Shown here one piece after another: positions 19,746 through 30,095 of a stretch of 64,000 bases of DNA. A model generated the notes under the pieces. It ran no database searches. It saw nothing but the letters and a program-made list of their open reading frames with translations, and had not been told where the DNA came from. The position numbers and the translations under genes were made by a program. The DNA comes from an uncultured virus (IMG/VR IMGVR_UViG_3300035698_019702). Its lineage: Duplodnaviria; Heunggongvirae; Uroviricota; Caudoviricetes. Numbering within the stretch: position 1 is the stretch's first letter; the number at the start of each line of letters is the position of its first letter. The stretch is taken from the IMG/VR virus record IMGVR_UViG_3300035698_019702, one strand, 5' to 3'.

Positions 19746-22700
19746 ATGGCGGTTAATACATGTGGACCTTGTGAAGTTGGACCAGACCAACCAGCGGCGA
19801 GTTCGGTTGCAGGCAACATAGGAACCTTACGTGCCAAAGTAGAAATATGGGAGAATGACCCTTTCCATGCTCGACCTAATCAAATTACCACTTTTCCTTT
19901 TAGCCATTTAGTACCTGAGCAACTACCTGATACTGCGCCAGGACTAGATTGGCTGATGGACAACGCATTTCTGAAGCCGATCTATCAACCACATGATATG
20001 TTCATATGTTCATACAACCCAGATATTGAGCAGGAGTTTATCAACCCGACTGGTGATTTCGACAGCCGGACTAGCGGCGAACATACTCTAAAAGGAATGG
20101 CACGTTACTTGGACTTTGTAGGATCAGTGGCCTCTAACAAAGGAAAAATTGCGGGTCCAAAATTACCTGGTGGTGAAATATATGAGTCAAATGGGTTTGT
20201 AAACCCTACTGATAGTGGCACATCTGGGAACGACCAGACTATATTGATTCCTAATTCTGGTATGGATGTTTTTCCACATCAAGTTTGGCTACATATCGGA
20301 AGCATATTCAAGAGGGGAGTTGCAATACATCCTTCTGAGTATGTCAAACCTCTTGATGAGATTATTACTATGAGGGGTATTGAAACCCAGCAGTCATACC
20401 AATTTTGTGCAGGTTTCACCATAGAGGAGTTGCAAGGTGCAGTAAAATGGGATTATGTAGAGCATACTGAAGAAAGTGTATCTACGATTTGGCCTTACCA
20501 GATCACTAAACAGGCTCCTGGCAGAGGGGTTCCTGTACATTGGACTCTCGAAAAATTCACGCCTGTTTATCAGGGTCAGGATTTCTTTGTTACGATCGAA
20601 ACGAAAAAAGAGACAGATGAGTCTCCTGACTCGTTTTATGATCATGAGTTCATAGGTAGCTGTGTTGAAGATTATAAGTATCTCATGTACGACAACACTG
20701 TCAAACCTAGTGAGTGGATAAATGGAATCAGTAATGCGGCTTTTCACGTTGCTGCGGATAGGGAAGAAGACGGAACAATATCAACTGAATCAGCTTCCAA
20801 ATCTAGGGATGCTGCCCGCAAAAAGTACTGGTGGAAGTATAAATCATATATCTTAATTGAAATTGGTGCAGGCCATACTGATCATAACTACTTCATTGAG
20901 CTAGTTAGGGGTCGTAATCCAAGGTTACTACATATTGGATACATCTGGGATAATCCAAAACGTCGCATTGGTGGAGTGATTGAGCCCAAGGAGGATGATG
21001 ATAACTGGCACTTTATGAAGCAGTGTAGAGTTTTAGGTGAATTTGGCCATGTGTCTTGTAACGAACTGTTTAAAAAAGATAACTTCAGGCTAACAATGAG
21101 AAATCATCTGGGTAGATTCATTATTACATTTGAAGGCTACGAAGGAGCACCTTGGGTTATTCAAAGAAGAGACAACGACCCAGGTCATCACGATTTCAGA
21201 AAAACTCTTATTCCAATGATCGTGCCCCCATCCAAAATACGGATTCATGGGGGAAATCTGTCTTGTGTCATCAACTATAGCCCATTGCAATATACCAAAA
21301 CCGAAACAGCATACTTTAGAGATAGACAGGCTGATACTTCCAAGGCAATGGAGGATGATCTTTGGATAACATTCTCACATTTAGGTGTGAGTCAATTATA
21401 TCAGAATGCACCACGTATGAAACTCATATTTAGTGATCCAAGGTTAAACAACAAGCAGGGTAAGTTCGGTTATGACATAGACGCATACATCTCTGGAGAA
21501 ATACACCGTAATAAAAAAGAAGATGTTCATTTATACGAGGAGTTTCGTCGCCAATTCACTTCTTGGGGCAAGGGTTGGGTTTTAGATGTTGATAGAGACC
21601 CCGATGGTGTCCCCACACGAGACCCTGATACTGGTTTAATGTCCGAGAAGCGGCTTATTACGGGTTTTGAGGGTGGTGTTCCTCATAGTCTTAGAATAGA
21701 TAATGCCAAGCAGCCTGGGCAGAAATTTGTGTTTGGACTACGAGGTGATTCTAACTCAAATTATCCTTACAAGACTTATGCATCGAAATGGGATGTTCAA
21801 ATCAAATTTAATGCTGGGACGGTGTTGATGCCTATTGCAGAGGCAAAGTCTACTGGTGGTGCATTTGACGCAGAGGAAGACCCATCCATCATTATAGACG
21901 ATAGAGCAAGTCGTTTCCTTATGGTAGATTCTGTGACTCCTATTGCTACTAGCTGGCGGTTGATTGTATTGGGTGGTGAAAAACCAACCCGGACAAGTAG
22001 TGGAGACCCTAAAGTAGAGCCCTTTGATATTGCTCCACTTACTACTAACATTACTGATGGCTGGACTAGTGAAGGTTGGCACACCATACGACATGAATCT
22101 AAAGTAAAGTGCTATATACCACTTGATCCACCCATTGGTGATAATCAAGGATTGTACCGATTGGGACAGAGGTTGAAATCGTTACATAATAAAGCATTCT
22201 ATGTTACTATATCATATTGGTGGGATAACGGTATAGGAGAGCGAGATGCAATTGCTAACAAAATCTGTCGCAAAAAACCTGAAGATAATGATCTATTGAT
22301 TCAGATGACTGGTATAGCATATGGAGGAACATTAAGTAGGTCTGTCAATAAAATCTTTTTCGAGTTTGACGTAAAGGATTATATGTCTGTCTTTGAAAAG
22401 CAGTTCATATTTAACTCGCCATTCTTTGATGGTGTAGGGGATGCGGAGGCAGTATACGAACTTGCTCGGTTAGCTGGATTTGATGATGAGGATAAAACAT
22501 CTACTAGAGTTAACCGTCAACCACTGGGATTTTTGCAACATGTGATCAAATTCAATCGCAGGCAAGCTGACGGAAAGTTCATCTATAATGGTGAGATTGT
22601 ACGCAGCCCAAACTACGATTTACCAGGTTCATATAAGACTTTGGTGCAGCCGGCTGTTAGATTTCAAAATGGAGAGACATATGAGGATGCTCTAACCAAG

Positions 22701-23456
22701 ATTGCTCAATTGGCAGCTAAAGTTATTTACTTTGATAGATGGGGAGTACTACGATTAGAGAGTGTTCCTGCAATTGAGGCAGCATTCTTCGCTCAAGATG
22801 ATGATGTCGATGAGTTTGAGTCAGTGTTTGATTTTGTAACTTCTCCATTTCCAGTCAAGGCTCGTGATACAGGCAAGGGGGCAGTCACCACCAGAAGGTT
22901 TAATTTTGACCCGTGTGAACATGCTTCTCATCTAGTCTACGATGTTGTGCAGTATAATCGTAGTGTAGAAGATTGCATTAACCAAATCGTCATCTTTACA
23001 GCAAGTAATGACATCATTTTACCTTCGGGTGAAAGGCTAGATGGAGGTCTTATTATAGAAGGCTATACTTTCTTCGATCAGATTTGGAATCCTGAAGAAG
23101 AAGGATTTCTCGGATTCCGCAAGCCATTCTACCAGTCTAACGGTGTCTTTGGTGGATTACAGGGAGTATACCGAGGATTACAGCATTATGCCAAAATGAA
23201 ATACCCACCCGCTACAATACAATTTAGCACCTATGGTGTACCGGGTTTGAAAGCTCTGGATATCATCACACTGGATGATAATCTATTTTATATCACTGAG
23301 ATCAGTCACGAACTGGACCCTTCACAGAACAGATGGTGGATGAATATTACTGGAGAATGGCTAAAGCCGTTTCTTGGCGACTTAGGATTTTTAGAAGAAC
23401 GAAATGGACCAGGTGATATACCGTCTGAAGAGGAAGAAAACGAGGTTAACATATGA
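19746..23456 (+). CDS. baseplate hub/tail-tip protein
   Basis: C-terminal ETYEDALTKIAQLAAKVIYFDRWGVLRL and GVPGLKALDIITLDDNLFYITEISHEL patterns resemble hub proteins. Confidence 0.55.
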   Translation: MAVNTCGPCEVGPDQPAASSVAGNIGTLRAKVEIWENDPFHARPNQITTFPFSHLVPEQLPDTAPGLDWLMDNAFLKPIYQPHDMFICSYNPDIEQEFINPTGDFDSRTSGEHTLKGMARYLDFVGSVASNKGKIAGPKLPGGEIYESNGFVNPTDSGTSGNDQTILIPNSGMDVFPHQVWLHIGSIFKRGVAIHPSEYVKPLDEIITMRGIETQQSYQFCAGFTIEELQGAVKWDYVEHTEESVSTIWPYQITKQAPGRGVPVHWTLEKFTPVYQGQDFFVTIETKKETDESPDSFYDHEFIGSCVEDYKYLMYDNTVKPSEWINGISNAAFHVAADREEDGTISTESASKSRDAARKKYWWKYKSYILIEIGAGHTDHNYFIELVRGRNPRLLHIGYIWDNPKRRIGGVIEPKEDDDNWHFMKQCRVLGEFGHVSCNELFKKDNFRLTMRNHLGRFIITFEGYEGAPWVIQRRDNDPGHHDFRKTLIPMIVPPSKIRIHGGNLSCVINYSPLQYTKTETAYFRDRQADTSKAMEDDLWITFSHLGVSQLYQNAPRMKLIFSDPRLNNKQGKFGYDIDAYISGEIHRNKKEDVHLYEEFRRQFTSWGKGWVLDVDRDPDGVPTRDPDTGLMSEKRLITGFEGGVPHSLRIDNAKQPGQKFVFGLRGDSNSNYPYKTYASKWDVQIKFNAGTVLMPIAEAKSTGGAFDAEEDPSIIIDDRASRFLMVDSVTPIATSWRLIVLGGEKPTRTSSGDPKVEPFDIAPLTTNITDGWTSEGWHTIRHESKVKCYIPLDPPIGDNQGLYRLGQRLKSLHNKAFYVTISYWWDNGIGERDAIANKICRKKPEDNDLLIQMTGIAYGGTLSRSVNKIFFEFDVKDYMSVFEKQFIFNSPFFDGVGDAEAVYELARLAGFDDEDKTSTRVNRQPLGFLQHVIKFNRRQADGKFIYNGEIVRSPNYDLPGSYKTLVQPAVRFQNGETYEDALTKIAQLAAKVIYFDRWGVLRLESVPAIEAAFFAQDDDVDEFESVFDFVTSPFPVKARDTGKGAVTTRRFNFDPCEHASHLVYDVVQYNRSVEDCINQIVIFTASNDIILPSGERLDGGLIIEGYTFFDQIWNPEEEGFLGFRKPFYQSNGVFGGLQGVYRGLQHYAKMKYPPATIQFSTYGVPGLKALDIITLDDNLFYITEISHELDPSQNRWWMNITGEWLKPFLGDLGFLEERNGPGDIPSEEEENEVNI

Positions 23457-24772
23457 AAAATGACCAATTTGCTTTGATGCAACAAATATCACTTGATCGA
23501 AAAGGTTGTTGTCTTTCTCGTGTATACGAATCTGCTAAAGCAAAATTACTATTTCAGTGTGCAAAAGGACATCAATGGAAAGCTTCACCAGATAAAATTA
23601 AGAAAGGCACATGGTGCCCTTTTTGTGCTGGCAGGGGCAAGAATTTGGATACCCTGAATTCTCTTGCTATTCAATTTTCAGGAAAATGTTTATCAACTAA
23701 ATATCTTGGGACTAATACATTGCACTTATGGCAATGCAGAAGTGGTCATATATTTAAATTACGACCCAATGATATATTACAATATAATACTTGGTGTCAG
23801 AAATGTAAGAAAGAATTAATTTTGCAAAAAATTCATGAATATGCTCATTCTCGTGGTGGCAAATGTTTATCTGAACAATTTATCTCATCAAAAACCCCAT
23901 TAGAGTTTGAATGCCATAATGGCCATAGATGGTTTTCAAAATCTACTTTTTATAACAAATCCTGGTGTCCATATTGCAGTAAATTTTCGTTTTTGTCAGA
24001 GGAAAAAACTAGATACATTTTTGAACAGTTACTGCATCGTAAGTTTGCTACTAACCGGTCAGAGATTGGAATGGAGTTAGATGGATACAATCAAGAACTG
24101 GAAATAGCATTTGAGTATAACGGTGAAATGCATTATGAGTTTATTAAACGATTTCATAAAACACAATATCAGCTTAAACGACGACAGAATCGTGATATTG
24201 AAAAAACTAAACTATGCAGTGATCTAGGTATAAAATTAATTGTTATCCCTTATTGGATTAACACGAGTGATCAAGACTTGTTCAACTTCATTGTACAACA
24301 ACTTAAGGTCGATGCTACATGGAAAGAATCATTTTTAATTCCATTTTATAAGAACCAGAATTCAAAAATAGAGGAAATGAGAGCAATAGCATTATCTCGT
24401 GGTGGAATATTTGTTTCTAATTCGTACTTTGGTAGTACAAAAAAACACTCTTGGAGATGCAATAACGGGCACACCTGGGACTCCACACCTACAAGTATAA
24501 AGAAAAGCACATGGTGCCCTGTGTGTGCCCAAGAAAAATTATGGAATAATTCTCGAAATTCTTTAGATGATTTGAATAAATTTGCGTCCAAATATAATGG
24601 TAACATATTATCCAAATCGTATATCAACAATAAGACTTTGTTAAAATGGGAATGTCAAAACGGACATACTTGGACCAGTAGCTTGAATACAATGAGAACA
24701 AGAGTTAATAAGAGTGGTAAATGGTGTTTATATTGTAAGGAGTTAAATTATGCATGGGCAACAGAAACGTAG
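23453..24772 (+). CDS. free-standing putative homing endonuclease (five zinc-ribbon repeats + PD-(D/E)xK-like nuclease)
   Basis: Five C-x2-GH...WC-x2-C repeats; ELDGYNQELEIAFEYNGEMHY core; visibly more AT-rich than the flanks. Confidence 0.75.
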   Translation: MKNDQFALMQQISLDRKGCCLSRVYESAKAKLLFQCAKGHQWKASPDKIKKGTWCPFCAGRGKNLDTLNSLAIQFSGKCLSTKYLGTNTLHLWQCRSGHIFKLRPNDILQYNTWCQKCKKELILQKIHEYAHSRGGKCLSEQFISSKTPLEFECHNGHRWFSKSTFYNKSWCPYCSKFSFLSEEKTRYIFEQLLHRKFATNRSEIGMELDGYNQELEIAFEYNGEMHYEFIKRFHKTQYQLKRRQNRDIEKTKLCSDLGIKLIVIPYWINTSDQDLFNFIVQQLKVDATWKESFLIPFYKNQNSKIEEMRAIALSRGGIFVSNSYFGSTKKHSWRCNNGHTWDSTPTSIKKSTWCPVCAQEKLWNNSRNSLDDLNKFASKYNGNILSKSYINNKTLLKWECQNGHTWTSSLNTMRTRVNKSGKWCLYCKELNYAWATET

Positions 24773-24950
24773 ACAGTCAATTCGGAATCCTGCAAAACGC
24801 AAACCGGTTACAAAATCGCAGACAGTTCGTATTGCTAGTGCAGAAGCTTTTCAAAGATCATTTAACCCGGACTACTATCAGGTAATCAAAAGAATATCTG
24901 ATGCTGATACTGGTCTGCGTAATGGATCACCTCCAGGTAGTGTAGAATGA
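24750..24950 (+). CDS. small hypothetical protein
   Basis: 66 aa; AAGGAG SD lies inside the 3' end of the endonuclease gene. Confidence 0.55.
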   Translation: MHGQQKRRQSIRNPAKRKPVTKSQTVRIASAEAFQRSFNPDYYQVIKRISDADTGLRNGSPPGSVE

Positions 24951-24960
24951 GGAGACAAAT

Positions 24961-25266
24961 ATGAAAGTGGAGTTGATACAAACAACTAATAACAGAATGC
25001 TTGCATCGGACAATATTACGGTCAAGTTGGATGGCAAGGAATGTGATGCCGTTGTTAAGGCAGAACTACGATTTGATGCTACGGAGCATACCCCAAGGGT
25101 AGTGTTAACCATTATACCAACTGAACTGGTAGTGGACCTAAATGGAAAGCCGTTACTGACAACTTCTCCTGGTGGTCAACATCTCCCTGAAGGGCATACA
25201 AACTATCGTAAGAACGATGATGTACAAATATACCCAGATGACCTAGAGAACACTAATCTGGAGTAA
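24961..25266 (+). CDS. hypothetical protein
   Basis: 101-aa ORF with GAGGAG SD. Confidence 0.65.
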   Translation: MKVELIQTTNNRMLASDNITVKLDGKECDAVVKAELRFDATEHTPRVVLTIIPTELVVDLNGKPLLTTSPGGQHLPEGHTNYRKNDDVQIYPDDLENTNLE

Positions 25267-25279
25267 GGAGGATATCAAA

Positions 25280-28200
25280 ATTTCCAGTTCAACTAGATAT
25301 TATGGTCTTGGTTTCTTCGATTTCGGTAAGTAATGTTGCCGAAGTAAAATTGGGCAAAAACGGGGAAAACTGAGATGTCAATCCCGTGCTAATTTATCTG
25401 ATTACGCAAGGCAGATAAACAGTGTAGAGCATAGTTCCTGAATAAATATAATGGAACCAAGAGTGCCCGACAACCGTAAGGTTGAAAAGATATGCCGAGC
25501 TGTAGCGAATTCAAGCTACAGAACTACGGGATAAAAAGCCTGTAGGGTAACAAACTGGACGCCCTTGGTACGGATTTTGCTGGCCAGATAGAAATTGACA
25601 GATTTGTTTTTGTTGACAAGCAACTCTATGGCCTTATGAGCATATTTGGTAATGGAGTTCTTAGCGGTTGGACTGCAACAGCAGAAGAACTATTTACGAT
25701 CAGCATTAGTCCTGGAGTCGGCAACATCAACTTTGTTGCTGCCAGAACTGAATTTCCTGCCACGATTAGAGAACTTGTACCTAACTCAATTAACTACATC
25801 TATGCCAAAAAGGTAGAGCGTACTCGGTTTGCAGAGGATGTCGATTTCATTGTTTGGCCTACATCTGATTTAGGTGATCCTAATTTTCTGCTATTGGCCG
25901 AAGTTGTCGTAGGTTCTACTTCTATCGAAAGCATTAACAATGATCTGCGTCAAAATATTGGGTTCATAGAACTTATCAAAGCAGCTATTAAACTCCACAA
26001 ACACAGGGGAGGATCACAAAACCCAACTAAGATTGACTTGTCTTCCGAGGTCAAAGGGCAATTGCCTTCTTTCCGAATTGCCGATTTTGATGCAGAAAAG
26101 ATCACCAGTGGTACTTTTGATTTAGCTAGAATGCCACTCATGGATCACCAGAGTTTACAAAACGTTGGACTGTTGACTCATCCACAACTTGATAGCTTTG
26201 TAAAAACTTTAGAATCAAGCAACAAAGAGATTTTTGGTGAGATAAGTACTGCCAACCTGTTGCAGTTGATTCTAGCAATGAAGCTGTTATATGACGATAG
26301 TGAATCAGCCTTCCATGTTAGTGATAGATGGGTAGACCAGTATTTTATCAACGAATTTGCTATCATTCCAGGTATCACCCCGAATACGTTTATCGATTTC
26401 GACAACACAACGGCAGAAGTTGATTTGACTCAGCATTTTATTCGTGGTGTACCACCTACCACTGGTACGTCATTCTATGTCACATATGATAGTAACTTAG
26501 CATGGAATTCAGCTTATTTATTGGAGAATCTAGTTGTTGCTACTGACACGGTAACTCTGGCATTCAACGAGGATGACGAGTCTAGTATTGTTACTATTGA
26601 AGGTTTTGAGTCAGCCTCTGCATCGGGCGATGATTTAAGCGGTGGAGATCAAGGACTCTTTAGAAAAGAAACTATCATTATCTCTGATAATGCTTTAGTT
26701 GAAGCCCATGATAGTGCTACTAACGTAGTTGAAGGTTTCTATTCGGGTAAGTTTACTCATCAACAATCGTTCCGTGTACAATATGTGAAGGAGTTTTCCT
26801 CTGCTCAAGACTGGTCTACGTATGATTCGTTCGTTTTGTATATCAAATGCATTGACACTGTTCACGGACCTGTCAAGATGTATTTTGAGGGCTATAGCAC
26901 TGATGACAGAAGTATTGATTACACTCTGTTAACAGAAAGCTCAGCATCTAGTCCACAGATTACTTCTAACCCTGATACGTCAGCTAATGATTTTGAGGCA
27001 CGAGTTGTTGATTTGTCCACGATACCATTCCGTGATAAGATTACAAAGATTATCATATACACAGATGACCTTGAAAACCAGTTTAGTTTTTTTGTAGATT
27101 ACATAAACATTCAAAGAGCTATTCTGCTACCTGAACTTGGTACTATGAAATTGCGTTATTCTAGCGGTGCCCAAGTTATTTTCTCTTCTATTGAGTGGGA
27201 TTCAATCGAACCGTCCGGTACGGATGTCACTGTGCGATGTAGGGCTGCTGATGGCACTACTTTATTGAACAGGGCAGAGTATACCCCGTTTCTAGGTAGT
27301 GGAGATTTGATTAGTCTACGAGGGACAGATATTGAAATTGAAGTTGAATTCTTCCCAGATACAGCCAGAATCAACGCTCCAATTTTACAATCACTACGCA
27401 TACTGGTTATTACCGAAGCAGAGATTGATGGATTCAAGATTGACTCAGATGATGAATTCAACAGAGGTGACACCCAGAACATTGAGGTGGATGGCAACTT
27501 AACGTTGGATACCCCGATTTACGTAGGCAGTTATTACTTTGCTCTAGCTAACACTGTAAACCAAGTACACGAAAATACTACTGACTTTGATACTCCATTT
27601 ACTGAATCAGACAATGTTGCACTATTCGGTGCTAGCTCGCCTATTGCTCCTAATACTATCTTTGCCGCAGTTGAAGCGAACACAGGTGATTCTGCTTCTG
27701 CTAGGTTCTTTGAACCACGATCAGTACGACGAGAGAGTGGTCGCATATTTGTCGTGGCAGACACGTATAACGACCGCATACTGGAATATAGCGAAAATGG
27801 TACGTTACTTTCAGGATTTGGCTCAATTAACTACGAGCATTCGAACAAAATATTCCCAATATCTGCGAGCCATGACGTTAGAACAGGTATTCTGTACATT
27901 GTCTGGAGTAAAAAGATATCATTCAAAACAGTAGATGTGAGTCAAATTACATTGCAAACTGCAACAACTCAAATACAGTTGATTCGCAACTTCGACAAGA
28001 TTCTAGGTTTGACTACTAACGAGTTGGATCAAGTCAACGCCGAGGGTCAGGTGATGCCGATATACCTATCCACTCAGAGTGCTGGGTTGGCACAGCAGCT
28101 TCCAACGAACAACACTGCATTTATGTTTGCTTCGGATGATGTTTTGTCATCAGGCATTCAAACTGACTCGGTTTTCTACTCAAAAATCACAACAGCATTG

Positions 28201-28908
28201 GGCATCCCGATGTTTGTTGGGAACTTTGCTTACATTGATGGGGTATTTTCACCCACTTGGGTGGAAAAGACCGAAGACGATACTTACGTTATTTGTAACG
28301 GCACAGTTGCAGTTAAAGAATGGGAATTCCCGAGCGAAGCATTTCCTGGTAGACCAGAAAGCATCAACCTTAGTGCCAACGTGTCTAGTATTATTGAAGT
28401 GAATAAGAATAACCAAATCGTATATGGCGTGGATAATGTGATGGAGTTTTCACCATTCATTCCTGGGCGAGCGCAGAAGATGGGTAGTCACACACTGTTG
28501 ATTGGAGGGTTGAAACCTGGTGGCAAGGTTGGTAATCCCCAAGGAGACTTTGATTTTCGTAGTGTGGGAGGTCCACCCGAAACACGCAAAGCTCAACGAG
28601 AAGTGTTAAACGAAATGTTTTTTACTCGTGCTGGCACTCCTTTCACTGGTGCGGTGATTGTATATGACACTCGATCAGGATCAACATCTTTTGAGTATCG
28701 TAGTGCAGAAGGGATTGTGGTCACCGATGTTGATATAGACCCAATTTCAGGGTCATATGTTGTGGCAGAAAGCAGCTTTGAAAAATCAGGCAGAGTGATC
28801 AAACTTGATGCTTCTGGGAACATTATCTTCAGCTTTGGGGAGGGTTTATATAGTTTAATTAATTCGATTGCAGTGCAGATAGATGGGTCAGTTGTCGTTT
28901 CAACATAA
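25280..28908 (+). CDS. intron-split tail fibre/baseplate protein (exons 25280-25327 and 25558-28908, ~1132 aa) with NHL-like repeats
   Basis: Spliced frame (I/M)SSSTRYYGLGFFDFG|DALGTDFAGQIEIDRF... continues in frame into ORF 25636; fibre-like DAEKITSGTFDLARMP motif; NHL-like VVADTYNDRILEYS. Confidence 0.75.
25328..25557 (+). ncRNA. group I self-splicing intron, 230 nt, ORF-less
   Basis: 5' exon ends in U; P1 ATTTCGGT/GCCGAAGT with U.G wobble; P3 TTGGGCA/TGCCCGA; P7 GCATA/TATGC within S-like AAGATATGCC; P8 CAACC-GTAA-GGTTG; two P9 hairpins; terminal G25557; removal restores the reading frame. Confidence 0.92.
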
Positions 28909-28954
28909 CGTGTCGAAAAATTGAATAATTTCAATGGTATCCGGTATGGTTCAG

Positions 28955-29022
28955 TATAATAGAACATGAGTGGAAACAAGCTACAATTCACGAGCACCTT
29001 AACCCACAAGAGAGAGAAATAA
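28955..29022 (+). promoter_or_regulatory. TATAAT -10 element followed by a leaderless 18-aa uORF coupled to the glycosyltransferase
   Basis: TATAAT 28955-60, ATG at 28966, MSGNKLQFTSTLTHKREK, stop TAA overlaps the ATG at 29022. Confidence 0.45.
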
Positions 29023-30095
29023 TGCAATGCTCCTACTCCATGTACATGAACTATTCAGGATATAGCATAAGTGCTCAAGACTACATTCTGTCTATCCTAA
29101 GAACAGACCCAAATTTTCCGGTGCGGGTGCATTTTCTGAATAAACCTGATGGATTGGGGGTAAGCAAAAACAGACTCCAATTGTTTATGGCATTGCAAAA
29201 GAAAAAGAACATACCAGAACAAACTAACCTGTTTCACAGCATTCCTCAGTTGTTCCAGAGACCCCTTAAATCAAAGAAACATATTGGGTTTGCTATCTAC
29301 GAAACGATTACCTTGCCTCTCGAATGGGCAAATTATATGAACAGTATGGATAGGATATTTACTGCCACCCAATTCAATAAGAACATTTTTGAAAAAGGAG
29401 GTGTAACTCGGCCTATTACAGTGATTCCTCACTGTTTCGATCCGGAGTTATTCAATACCAGTGTGAAACCAGATGGACGATATGCAAAGACAACTTTTTT
29501 CAGTATGGGGACATGGAAGAAACGCAAAAACTGGGAGACTTTGATTAAAGCATTCTATGATGGCTTTGAAAATAAGGACAACGTTTGCCTGCTGATTAAA
29601 ACAGACAAACCAAGAGAGCTGCAATCAATGGTATCTCGCGTGAAGAGAACTTGTGAGTGGAGATCAAAACATACTGCTCCTATCTATGCTGAAGAAACTC
29701 ATTGCGAATTTGAAGATATACCCAAGTTGATGAAAAAGGGAGACATATACATAAGTTCCAGTTTGGGTGAGGGGTTCGGATTATGTGGTTTACACGCGAT
29801 GACACTAGGAATGCCTCTCATCACTGTCAGATTTGGTGGATCACTAGAATATGCTTTGCCAGAGTTATGTACTTATATAGAACCAAGTGGTTATAAAACT
29901 CATATGGATATGGATGGATTGCCACAATTTAGAAAGAGTATCTGGCCTGTTGTTAAGATAAGCGACGTTCGTGATGCAATGCGTCGAGTATGGGAGAATT
30001 ATCCTGCCGACAAAGCTAAGGCTGCTTACACATATGTACATGATACTTTCTCTTATGAGGCAATAGGACCACAATTCATCGAGGCCCTACAATGA
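29022..30095 (+). CDS. GT4 family glycosyltransferase
   Basis: KRKNWETLIKAF and YISSSLGEGFGLCGLHAMTLGMPLI motifs. Confidence 0.85.
   Translation: MQCSYSMYMNYSGYSISAQDYILSILRTDPNFPVRVHFLNKPDGLGVSKNRLQLFMALQKKKNIPEQTNLFHSIPQLFQRPLKSKKHIGFAIYETITLPLEWANYMNSMDRIFTATQFNKNIFEKGGVTRPITVIPHCFDPELFNTSVKPDGRYAKTTFFSMGTWKKRKNWETLIKAFYDGFENKDNVCLLIKTDKPRELQSMVSRVKRTCEWRSKHTAPIYAEETHCEFEDIPKLMKKGDIYISSSLGEGFGLCGLHAMTLGMPLITVRFGGSLEYALPELCTYIEPSGYKTHMDMDGLPQFRKSIWPVVKISDVRDAMRRVWENYPADKAKAAYTYVHDTFSYEAIGPQFIEALQ

Noticed and set aside
8912..23456. Extracellular contractile injection system or tailocin instead of a phage
   Set aside because: No sheath or AAA ATPase; the neck gene, intein, group I intron and homing endonuclease fit a large phage genome better
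25636..28908. ORF-track start at ATG 25636
   Set aside because: No SD; the frame is open upstream to the intron 3' end and joins exon 1 after splicing
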